Source of the DNA: Escherichia coli
Lineage (GTDB): Bacteria; Pseudomonadota; Gammaproteobacteria; Enterobacterales; Enterobacteriaceae
Assembly: GCF_002854065.1 (NCBI RefSeq)
Contig: NZ_CP024147.1
Length of the DNA: 64,000 nt
Reading direction: 5' to 3' (one strand)
Shown here: piece by piece, positions 17,015-26,157 of the stretch
Numbering within the stretch: position 1 is the stretch's first letter
Layout of the letters: each line of letters starts with the position of its first letter
Program-made: the position numbers and the translations under genes
Notes under the pieces: generated by a model
Database searches by the model: none
The model's input: the letters and a program-made list of their open reading frames with translations, nothing else
Told to the model about the DNA's origin: nothing

Positions 17015-17665
17015 ATGAATAAACTCCCTGATCATCTTCCGCGGCGGTATATCATCGAAGCTATCCATTTATGGGATGCGGGAGAAACTCATCAGTTCCA
17101 GCCTGCGCGGTTGTATGAGATTGAATATCATGGCCGACGTTACCCCTCGAAGGCGATTGCTGGCATCGCAGCGACATTGATGACGGGGACGCAATTTACC
17201 CCTGCGGATTTCACCGGCGGAATAAAATCTAAATGTGTCAAGCTACTCATAGAGCAGGGATTTCATATTCATCTGGATAAAGCCGCTGCGGCTCCCATAG
17301 CCGACGTTCTGTTCCCGGATGAGTTGCCGTCGCAGGAGACATACCTTGAAGGTGCGGCGATAAAGGTGACAGTAAACCGCTATGAACGCGATAAAAAGGC
17401 CCGAGATAAAGCGGTCGAACATCATGGATGCCAGTGCAACGTATGCGGTGTTGATCTGGTGAAGATCTATGGTGATATCGCTGAAGGCTTTATCCATGTG
17501 CATCACCTGGTGCCGCTGTCAGCCATTAAAGAGGATTACCAGCTGGATCCAGTTAATGATTTGCTGCCTGTGTACCCTAATTGCCATGCGATGTTGCACC
17601 GACGCAAACCACCGTTTACGCCGGAGCAGTTAAAAGCGCTGATGGATGCGAATAAATCAAATTAA
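17015..17665 (+). CDS. HNH endonuclease with an N-terminal putative DNA-reader domain (type IV restriction-like)
   Basis: C-terminal HNH region is CQCNVCGV...FIHVHHLVPLS...NDLLPVYPNCHAMLH. The N-terminal part, YEIEYHGRRYPSKAIAGIAA, resembles reader domains of McrA/McrB-type enzymes. Confidence 0.75.
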   Translation: MNKLPDHLPRRYIIEAIHLWDAGETHQFQPARLYEIEYHGRRYPSKAIAGIAATLMTGTQFTPADFTGGIKSKCVKLLIEQGFHIHLDKAAAAPIADVLFPDELPSQETYLEGAAIKVTVNRYERDKKARDKAVEHHGCQCNVCGVDLVKIYGDIAEGFIHVHHLVPLSAIKEDYQLDPVNDLLPVYPNCHAMLHRRKPPFTPEQLKALMDANKSN

Positions 17666-17672
17666 TGAACGC

Positions 17673-18653
17673 TCACCTTTCGCGCCAAAACTGCAAAATT
17701 GCTTCTACAAACTTGTCAGAAATAATCCCCCGACGGGCTGCCGTGCTGAAATGACTGCTTCGCAGTGCCGTCGTCCAGTTCTCCGGTGACCGGTACGCTG
17801 AACCGTAATATCCCGTGCTTAAATCGTCCGGGTCTTCATCAGGCGCGTTCGTCAGTCCTCTTTCACCTTGTTGCTGGAAGTCGACGAAAATAATATTGGC
17901 TAAAACATTATTTTGATAATTGCCATAAATAACTTCATACGCATGAGGGAAATTTTCTTTCCAGTACCAGGTGGTATCGCCGCAAAACCACGGTGCGTCA
18001 GTAATATTATTAAGCTGAGAATGGTATTGTTTTAGATCCCTACGAAAGGCTTCAACCATATGATTAAAGTGTTGAGGGTGTGACGCGTAGTCACTGGTCA
18101 TTAAGTCAAATTCGCCTTGCATCCAGCATACGCCGAGGAATTTGTTATGCGGATTTTTTGCCAGTGCGGCTCGCGTTCTGCTGACTAAATCCTGGTATAG
18201 CGGAGTATCCGTTCCCCAACGACAAGCATCATGGCTGGCTCCGTGCCGTTCTGAATATGTTCCTTCGCTGCCCGCGGTAAAAGCCGATCCGCCACGGCAA
18301 CACGGAACGATGAGAACCCCTGCATTATCAGGAATAAAGGGCAGTAATTTCCGTGCTATATGCAGTGCCTGGCCAACGGTGCCGTACTGTGTTTGATGAT
18401 TCGTTGCCAGAGGATGGTGATAACCCTGCATATCCTGAACATCGTGTGGGCAGTGAGTCAGTGGAATAATGTCGTTAAAGTGACATGACGGGCCTCCGGG
18501 ATGCGTATGCGCAAATCTCGCTAATTGTTTAATTCTGGGATGAGGCGCATCTTCCCTGTCCGGTAATGGCAGTCCTTCGCCATACGCCATGGCATTAGAC
18601 TGACCAGCAACGGTAAGAATATAGTAATAATCAGGCGATATTATTGCGTTCAT
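17673..18653 (-). CDS. nanS: 9-O-acetyl-N-acetylneuraminate esterase
   Basis: Near-identical to K-12 NanS (YjhS) as recalled, 326 aa from MNAIISPDYYY. Confidence 0.9.
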   Translation of the reverse strand: MNAIISPDYYYILTVAGQSNAMAYGEGLPLPDREDAPHPRIKQLARFAHTHPGGPSCHFNDIIPLTHCPHDVQDMQGYHHPLATNHQTQYGTVGQALHIARKLLPFIPDNAGVLIVPCCRGGSAFTAGSEGTYSERHGASHDACRWGTDTPLYQDLVSRTRAALAKNPHNKFLGVCWMQGEFDLMTSDYASHPQHFNHMVEAFRRDLKQYHSQLNNITDAPWFCGDTTWYWKENFPHAYEVIYGNYQNNVLANIIFVDFQQQGERGLTNAPDEDPDDLSTGYYGSAYRSPENWTTALRSSHFSTAARRGIISDKFVEAILQFWRER

Positions 18654-18717
18654 ATAAATTTCGCGTAATTGAAATGACAAATTGATAGCAGGGCCCCTTT
18701 ACCGGGGCCCTGAAGCG

Positions 18718-19824
18718 TTAGTTTTGTACTGTGACTTTATTATCCTTCACAGAAATTAAAACTGAATCCATCACTGCTTTGCCGCCTGCAGTTTCACCGC
18801 CAATAATTAATAAACTATTATTCCAGGGCAATGATACTCCGTAGGCCCGACCTTGCGATAATTCACCCGATTTATCCCATTTCCCGTTATACCAAAGATG
18901 AATATCAACGCTATATGATTTTTTCAGGCCTTCATGCGCATAGTTCTTACCGTTCTGGTAATTTTCTCGTGAACCTTTGAATCCGGCCCCTCCAGCAAAT
19001 ATAAGAGAATCATTGCTTATCCCCGCAAAACCGCCAGCGACGCCATCTGGTGATGAGACGGGATCAAGCTTATTCCATTTTAAATTATCACCGGTGAAGT
19101 CAAGTTCAAATACGGCATCCGTTCGCAATCCTGGTTTGGCTTCGCCATTAATAAGCCAGGTTTTATCACCTTTATTCACAACCGCCGCACCAGCCGTTCC
19201 GTACCAGGGAGATTCGCCAGCGTAACTCCATTGCTGTGTTGAGGGATCAAAAGACAACAGAAACTTATTGAAGAAATAATCTTCTGCTTTTTTGTCAAAA
19301 TAGTAGGCGTTGATTTTATCTATAGCGGTTGAATCTTTTCCAGCTTCGTTGAGATCTTCAAAATAGCCATTGAAGATATTCTGGTTAACACCGCCAGTAA
19401 CATAAGCCTTGCCGTTGTGTACAAAAGTCACATGGCCCGCCATGCCCATCGGCGCGTGCGACATCAATTTAACCCAGCTATTGGTTTTGGGGTTGTATTT
19501 GTGTACGTCATTAAATACCTGAGTCAAGCCCTCGCTGTTTTTGCCAATGCCGCCAAACACATACAGATTGCCATCAATAAATGCAGAGGTTGCTTGATCT
19601 CTCGGTCCGCCAGGGAATGCAGCTAACGCTGTCCATCTTTTATCTTTGGCCTGTGTATCCAGCTTGTACCATGCCGTACCTGCGCTACCTAAACCAATGT
19701 AGACAGTGTCGTTATCAATTGCTCCGGTACCACTTTTAAATGGCACAGGAGTTTCCGGTAATACAGACGCGTTTGCGGCAAATGAAGCCATTATGATAGT
19801 AAGCGCCGTTATTGTTTTATTCAT
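18718..19824 (-). CDS. nanM: N-acetylneuraminate mutarotase (Kelch repeat)
   Basis: Near-identical to K-12 NanM (YjhT), 368 aa from MNKTITAL. Confidence 0.9.
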   Translation of the reverse strand: MNKTITALTIIMASFAANASVLPETPVPFKSGTGAIDNDTVYIGLGSAGTAWYKLDTQAKDKRWTALAAFPGGPRDQATSAFIDGNLYVFGGIGKNSEGLTQVFNDVHKYNPKTNSWVKLMSHAPMGMAGHVTFVHNGKAYVTGGVNQNIFNGYFEDLNEAGKDSTAIDKINAYYFDKKAEDYFFNKFLLSFDPSTQQWSYAGESPWYGTAGAAVVNKGDKTWLINGEAKPGLRTDAVFELDFTGDNLKWNKLDPVSSPDGVAGGFAGISNDSLIFAGGAGFKGSRENYQNGKNYAHEGLKKSYSVDIHLWYNGKWDKSGELSQGRAYGVSLPWNNSLLIIGGETAGGKAVMDSVLISVKDNKVTVQN

Positions 19825-19843
19825 TGTGACTGTCTCCTGTCTA

Positions 19844-20560
19844 CTACAGTTTAAATGACACACCAATGCGATAACTGTTTTCCGATAAATTATCTCTGCC
19901 GTTGTAAACACCCTGACGGTCAAGGTAGTCATATTCTATGTATGGCGTAATATCGGGCGTCATATGGTATTGTAGAACAAATGCATTTTCCGTCGCCCAT
20001 TTCTTATGGTTTGCATAGCGATAATCGTTCTGTTTACTGTATAGCGTCGTTTGCCATGCGAAGGTGAAATCACTATTAATATGGTAAGTGACATATCCAT
20101 CCCAACGATGAACGTTATCACGAGACATATCACCAGATAAGTCTTGTTGTCGGTAAGCTTTCCAGTCGTAACGATAGCGAATGCCAAAATTAAGATCTTT
20201 TGTCGCGTCCCAGGACAGTTTTACGTAGGGTCCGTAGCGTGTGCCATTGCTGCTAAAATGCGTTAACATTCCCGGGCGCACCGTCCATTGATCATCAAGT
20301 TTAATCGCGTAATTAACTTCAACCTGAACATCATTGAGTGCGGCATTTTCCTTTTTATTATCATGAATGGTATTCCAGGTATTACTTTCCATGCTTGCCC
20401 ACCATCCATTTTGCCATCCCTCACTGACTTTGAGTCGAGTCTCATAGGCGTGGCTTCCACTACGATATCCACCACGTACGTCCAGTGTCGCAGCCTGAGA
20501 AATTAATGGGGACGAAAAGCACAGTAATAATACGCTAGAAAGTATTTTAGCCTTTTTCAT
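19844..20560 (-). CDS. nanC: N-acetylneuraminic acid outer-membrane channel
   Basis: Near-identical to K-12 NanC (YjhA), 238 aa from MKKAKILS. Confidence 0.9.
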   Translation of the reverse strand: MKKAKILSSVLLLCFSSPLISQAATLDVRGGYRSGSHAYETRLKVSEGWQNGWWASMESNTWNTIHDNKKENAALNDVQVEVNYAIKLDDQWTVRPGMLTHFSSNGTRYGPYVKLSWDATKDLNFGIRYRYDWKAYRQQDLSGDMSRDNVHRWDGYVTYHINSDFTFAWQTTLYSKQNDYRYANHKKWATENAFVLQYHMTPDITPYIEYDYLDRQGVYNGRDNLSENSYRIGVSFKL

Positions 20561-20985
20561 AAATTTCACTCATTTGTAGGATACAGAAAGCAATACAAAG
20601 CCCGCATAAACAATTAGCATTTATGTTGTGTAATATTTTTTTGCCAGGCTTATAGTGTCTTTGGCAACCGGTAGCTGTATTTTATATTTTTTGTATAATA
20701 TCTCCTGTGAAAAATCTCTTTCCACATTATTTAAATAAACAGAGGGCCAGATTAAATACCTGAGTATAAAATCTCTGCTGATGTTTAATTGATTTGAATT
20801 TTCGTAAGCTATATCGCTTACTCAATCCATTTTACCCAGAGTCATAAAATAGAGTGTCTGTTGATCTCATTTTCATATTCCTTTCAGACTGAAGTGCGTT
20901 TTCATCACCCGATGAGAAAGAACTGAAGTGATGTTTGCCATAGATTACGAGATGCCCAGTCTCATTGACTATCGCGGTGCACCTT

Positions 20986-21005
20986 TATACCTGTTATACC
21001 AGATC
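20986..21005. promoter_or_regulatory. NanR operator-like GGTATA repeats with adjacent Dam GATC site (nanC/fimB regulatory region)
   Basis: TATACC is present at 20986-20991 and at 20995-21000 (GGTATA on the - strand). GATC follows at 21002-21005. This matches the described NanR site in the nanC-fimB intergenic region. Confidence 0.5.
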
Positions 21006-22013
21006 AAAAATCACGCAATCCATACAACAAAACCAGATTTGCAATTCGTGTCACAAAATATGTCGATCTTTTCCTAAGAAGCAGATGCCATGTGAAGCCA
21101 GACGAACACTTGCATTGGTCTTCAAAAACTAAAGGTTTTCTTTTAACAATCTGTTTTGTAAATAATTTATTTAGAATCTAAACAAAGAAAGCTTTGCAAG
21201 CTAACTCAGTGAGCTTGGTGAAAATAAGTGTTTACCCGCCATCAGGCTGAGTATAATTCTCATCATGAAATATGTTTCTTGGTTTGTGGCTTGTAACTGG
21301 TCACTCCTGATGTCGATCTGGAGAGGCTTGTTGATGTTGGTGTTTTCAGGATGATGTTTCACTTAGTTTGTTTGCCGTATCGCCCGGCGAATAGCTGTGA
21401 TTGAGGAAGGTTTAAGTCGTAGTGACCAAAGCCATAGTTACCAACGGATGTAGATGAAAAAGCGTCGCCTGCGTTCCCCCATATCTCCAGGATAAAAGGG
21501 AATGTAACAATCTCATGGCCTAAGCTGACGAACCAGGCAGGAATAATCGCTAGGGATCTAAGAATTAGCATGATAATAGCCACTAAGAAATTACTGCGTT
21601 CCATGAAATAGCCATTTTGTGGCAAATGCAGTTGACTAATAATGTCATATGTGAGACGGCTAGTTGAACGAATATTAAATTTTGCTGAATTTTTTATGTT
21701 GATTTTACTTGTTACAGAACATATCACATGATATATAGATAAGATTAGTTGCATTAATGATGAGGGTTATTATTCGATTCGTATCAGATTTATAAATATA
21801 TAAAGGTACATAGCATGCAAGAGCATGGCGTTTGTATGGCAAAGTTATTATAAGTAACTATCGCTACTCCATTTAAGTTCACTCAGAAGAACTGGTCCAC
21901 TTACGTTAGTTATTAAGCAAACGTTCGCTTTTATAAACATAATCAGGATTAAAATGTTGGATTATTGCTAACCCAGCACAGCTAGTGCGCGTCTGTAATT
22001 ATAAGGGAAAACG

Positions 22014-22616
22014 ATGAAGAATAAGGCTGATAACAAAAAAAGGAACTTCCTGACCCATAGTGAAATCGAATCACTCCTTAAAGCAGCAAATACCGGGCCT
22101 CATGCAGCACGTAATTATTGTCTGACTTTGCTTTGTTTTATTCATGGTTTCCGGGCGAGTGAAATTTGTCGATTGAGGATTTCGGATATTGATCTTAAGG
22201 CAAAGTGTATCTATATCCATCGATTAAAAAAAGGCTTTTCAACAACGCACCCGCTATTGAACAAAGAAGTTCAGGCTTTAAAAAACTGGTTGAGTATCCG
22301 TACTTCGTACCCGCATGCTGAGAGCGAATGGGTATTTTTATCGCGTAAGGGGAATCCGCTTTCTCGGCAACAGTTTTACCATATTATCTCGACTTCCGGT
22401 GGTAATGCCGGGTTGTCACTGGAGATTCATCCGCACATGTTACGCCATTCGTGTGGTTTTGCTTTGGCGAATATGGGAATAGATACGCGACTTATCCAGG
22501 ATTATCTTGGGCATCGCAATATTCGTCATACTGTCTGGTATACCGCCAGCAATGCAGGGCGTTTTTACGGCATCTGGGATAGGGCCAGAGGACGACAGCG
22601 TCACGCTGTTTTATAG
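22014..22616 (+). CDS. fimB: type 1 fimbriae recombinase FimB (tyrosine recombinase)
   Basis: 200 aa, matches K-12 FimB. Contains HMLRHSCG...LGHRNIRHTVWY. Confidence 0.95.
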   Translation: MKNKADNKKRNFLTHSEIESLLKAANTGPHAARNYCLTLLCFIHGFRASEICRLRISDIDLKAKCIYIHRLKKGFSTTHPLLNKEVQALKNWLSIRTSYPHAESEWVFLSRKGNPLSRQQFYHIISTSGGNAGLSLEIHPHMLRHSCGFALANMGIDTRLIQDYLGHRNIRHTVWYTASNAGRFYGIWDRARGRQRHAVL

Positions 22617-23092
22617 AGATAGTTGAGATACCAGGGATGGTGTTAAAAACTACATTATTCTTACGATATATCAAAAATGATTAACCATTTATTAATTGAT
22701 GTTATTGTAAGTGTGATTCTTAATTATAATAATAAACATTAAGTTAACCATATCCATACAAAATACAATGGTTTATGTTCTTCAAAATAAATAAACAAAA
22801 TCATTCATAAATTTACACATCACTTAAATTCATCTGTTTTCACATTTTTTCTTTATTTTTTAAGCAACTGGAAGTTAATCCACTGCAATCTATTGTTATA
22901 TTGAATCAAATCAATGAAAATAGATGTTATCACATCAGTGATATTTTATTTTTGTATGATATTTAATGTAATTGACTGATAGCCACATCACTTCGTGTGT
23001 GGTTATCTTTTTATCTATTGGGCTAATTTTGACCGATTGAGGTTTCCTATAGGTATTCATTCAAATATATCTCAGTCAGGAGTACTACTATT

Positions 23093-23689
23093 GTGAGTAA
23101 ACGTCGTTATCTTACCGGTAAAGAAGTTCAGGCCATGATGCAGGCGGTTTGTTACGGGGCAACGGGAGCCAGAGATTATTGTCTTATTCTGTTGGCATAT
23201 CGGCATGGGATGCGTATTAGTGAACTGCTTGATCTGCATTATCAGGACCTTGACCTTAATGAAGGTCGAATAAATATTCGCCGACTGAAGAACGGATTTT
23301 CTACCGTTCACCCGTTACGTTTTGATGAGCGTGAAGCCGTGGAACGCTGGACCCAGGAACGTGCTAACTGGAAAGGCGCTGACCGGACCGACGCTATATT
23401 TATTTCTCGCCGCGGGAGTCGGCTTTCTCGCCAGCAGGCCTATCGCATTATTCGCGATGCCGGTATTGAAGCTGGAACCGTAACGCAGACTCATCCTCAT
23501 ATGTTAAGGCATGCTTGCGGTTATGAACTGGCGGAGCGTGGTGCAGATACCCGTTTAATTCAGGATTATCTCGGGCATCGAAATATTCGCCATACTGTGC
23601 GTTATACCGCCAGTAATGCTGCTCGTTTTGCCGGATTATGGGAAAGAAATAATCTTATAAACGAAAAATTAAAAAGAGAAGAGGTTTAA
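23093..23689 (+). CDS. fimE: type 1 fimbriae recombinase FimE
   Basis: 198 aa with a GTG start, matches K-12 FimE. Confidence 0.95.
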   Translation: MSKRRYLTGKEVQAMMQAVCYGATGARDYCLILLAYRHGMRISELLDLHYQDLDLNEGRINIRRLKNGFSTVHPLRFDEREAVERWTQERANWKGADRTDAIFISRRGSRLSRQQAYRIIRDAGIEAGTVTQTHPHMLRHACGYELAERGADTRLIQDYLGHRNIRHTVRYTASNAARFAGLWERNNLINEKLKREEV

Positions 23690-23736
23690 TTTAACTTATT
23701 GATAGTAAAGGTAAAAAACAAATAAATACAAGACAA

Positions 23737-24051
23737 TTGGGGCCAAAACTGTCCATATCATAAATAAGTTACGTATTTTTTCTCAAGCATAAAAATATTA
23801 TAAAACGACAAAAAGCATCTAACTGTTTGATATGTAAATCATTTCTCTTGTAAATTAATTTCACATCACCTCCGCTAAATGTAAAGCTAACGTTTCTGTG
23901 TCTCGAAGCAACTTCCTCATTCTTCTCTCCAAAAACCACCTCATGCAATATAAAAATCTATAAATAAAGATAACAATAGAATATAAAGCCAACAAATAAA
24001 CTGAAAAAGTTTGTGCGCGATGCTTTCCTCTATGAGTCAAAATGGCCCCAA
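23737..24051. promoter_or_regulatory. fimS: fimS invertible promoter element (phase switch), read as OFF orientation
   Basis: 9-bp inverted repeats TTGGGGCCA (23737-23745) and TGGCCCCAA (24043-24051). The only good sigma70 promoter is TTGAGA-18 nt-TATGAT (complement of 23781-23786 and 23757-23762). It is on the - strand and points toward fimE. Confidence 0.85.
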
Positions 24052-24170
24052 ATGTTTCATCTTTTGGGGGGAAACTGTGCAGTGTTGGCAGTCAAACTCG
24101 TTGACAAAACAAAGTGTACGGAACGACTGCCCATGTCGATTTAGAAATAGTTTTTTGAAAGGAAAGCAGT

Positions 24171-24725
24171 ATGAAAATTAAAACTCTGGCAATTGTTGTT
24201 CTGTCGGCTCTGTCCCTGAGTTCTACAGCGGCTCTGGCTGAAACTACACCCACGACGGTAAATGGTGGGACCGTTCACTTTAAAGGGGAAGTTGTTAACG
24301 CCGCTTGCGCAGTTGATGCAGGCTCTGTTGATCAAACCGTTCAGTTGGGCCAGGTTCGTACCGCTAGTCTGAAGCAGACTGGAGCAACCAGCTCTGCTGT
24401 CGGTTTTAACATTCAGCTGAATGATTGCGATACCAGTGTTGCCACAAAAGCCGCTGTTGCCTTCTTGGGGACTGCGATTGACAGTGCTCATCCTAAAGTA
24501 CTGGCTCTGCAGAGTTCAGCTGCGGGTAGCGCAACAAATGTTGGTGTGCAGATACTGGACAGAACAGGAAATGAGCTGACGCTGGACGGTGCGACATTTA
24601 GTGCACAAACAACCCTGAATAACGGTACCAACACCATTCCGTTCCAGGCGCGTTATTATGCAATCGGCGAGGCAACCCCGGGTGCTGCTAATGCGGATGC
24701 GACCTTCAAGGTTCAGTATCAATAA
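24171..24725 (+). CDS. fimA: major type 1 fimbrial subunit
   Basis: 184 aa with a signal peptide and fimbrial subunit C-terminus (ATFKVQYQ). Conserved position in the fim cluster. Confidence 0.95.
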
Positions 24726-24789
24726 CCTACCCAGGTTCAGGGACGTCATTACGGGCAGGGATGCCCACCCTTGTGCGATAAAAATAACG

Positions 24790-25329
24790 ATGAAAAGGAA
24801 GAGATTATTTCTATTAGCGTCGTTGCTGCCAATGTTTGCTCTGGCCGGAAATAAATGGAACACCACGCTGCCCGGCGGAAATATGCAATTTCAGGGCGTC
24901 ATTATTGCGGAAACTTGCCGGATTGAAGCCGGTGATAAACAAATGACGGTCAATATGGGGCAAATCAGCAGTAACCGGTTTCATGCGGTAGGGGAAGATA
25001 GCGCACCGGTGCCTTTTGTTATTCATTTACGGGAATGTAGCACGGTGGTGAGTGAACGTGTGGGTGTGGCGTTTCACGGTGTCGCGGATGGTAAAAATCC
25101 AGATGTGCTTTCCGTGGGAGAGGGGCCAGGGATAGCCACCAATATTGGCGTAGCGTTGTTTGATGATGAAGGAAACCTCGTACCGATTAATCGTCCTCCA
25201 GCAAACTGGAAACGGCTTTACTCAGGCTCTACTTCGCTACATTTCATCGCCAAATATCGTGCTACCGGGCGTCGGGTTACTGGCGGCATCGCCAATGCCC
25301 AGGCCTGGTTCTCTTTAACCTATCAGTAA
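24790..25329 (+). CDS. fimI: fimbrial protein FimI
   Basis: 179 aa from [13 protein letters not shown], matches K-12 FimI. The start was trimmed from the tracked ORF. Confidence 0.9.
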
Positions 25330-25365
25330 TTGTTCAGCAGATAATGTGATAACAGGAACAGGACA

Positions 25366-26091
25366 GTGAGTAATAAAAACGTCAATGTAAGGAAATCGCA
25401 GGAAATAACATTCTGCTTGCTGGCAGGTATCCTGATGTTCATGGCAATGATGGTTGCCGGACGCGCCGAAGCGGGAGTGGCCTTAGGTGCGACTCGCGTA
25501 ATTTATCCGGCAGGGCAAAAACAAGTGCAACTTGCCGTGACAAATAATGATGAAAATAGCACCTATTTAATTCAATCATGGGTGGAAAATGCCGATGGTG
25601 TAAAGGATGGTCGTTTTATCGTGACGCCACCTCTGTTTGCGATGAAGGGAAAAAAAGAGAATACCTTACGTATTCTTGATGCAACAAATAACCAATTGCC
25701 ACAGGATCGGGAAAGTTTATTCTGGATGAACGTTAAAGCGATTCCGTCAATGGATAAATCAAAATTGACTGAGAATACGCTACAGCTCGCAATTATCAGC
25801 CGCATTAAACTGTACTATCGCCCGGCTAAATTAGCGTTGCCACCCGATCAGGCCGCAGAAAAATTAAGATTTCGTCGTAGCGCGAATTCTCTGACTCTGA
25901 TTAACCCGACACCCTATTACCTGACGGTAACAGAGTTGAATGCCGGAACCCGGGTTCTTGAAAATGCATTGGTGCCTCCAATGGGCGAAAGCACGGTTAA
26001 ATTGCCTTCTGATGCAGGAAGCAATATTACTTACCGAACAATAAATGATTATGGCGCACTTACCCCCAAAATGACGGGCGTAATGGAATAA
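25366..26091 (+). CDS. fimC: periplasmic fimbrial chaperone
   Basis: 241 aa with a GTG start, matches K-12 FimC. Confidence 0.95.
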   Translation: MSNKNVNVRKSQEITFCLLAGILMFMAMMVAGRAEAGVALGATRVIYPAGQKQVQLAVTNNDENSTYLIQSWVENADGVKDGRFIVTPPLFAMKGKKENTLRILDATNNQLPQDRESLFWMNVKAIPSMDKSKLTENTLQLAIISRIKLYYRPAKLALPPDQAAEKLRFRRSANSLTLINPTPYYLTVTELNAGTRVLENALVPPMGESTVKLPSDAGSNITYRTINDYGALTPKMTGVME

Positions 26092-26157
26092 CGCAGGGGG
26101 AATTTTTCGCCTGAATAAAAAGAATTGACTGCCGGGTGATTTTAAACCGGAGGAATA

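Noticed and set aside
21359-21754. 131-aa ORF on the - strand in the nanC-fimB intergenic region.
   Set aside because: The intergenic region has the same length (about 1.45 kb) as the well-studied, gene-free regulatory region of K-12. The ORF is very AT-rich, has no convincing SD and resembles no family. It is most likely a chance ORF in regulatory DNA.
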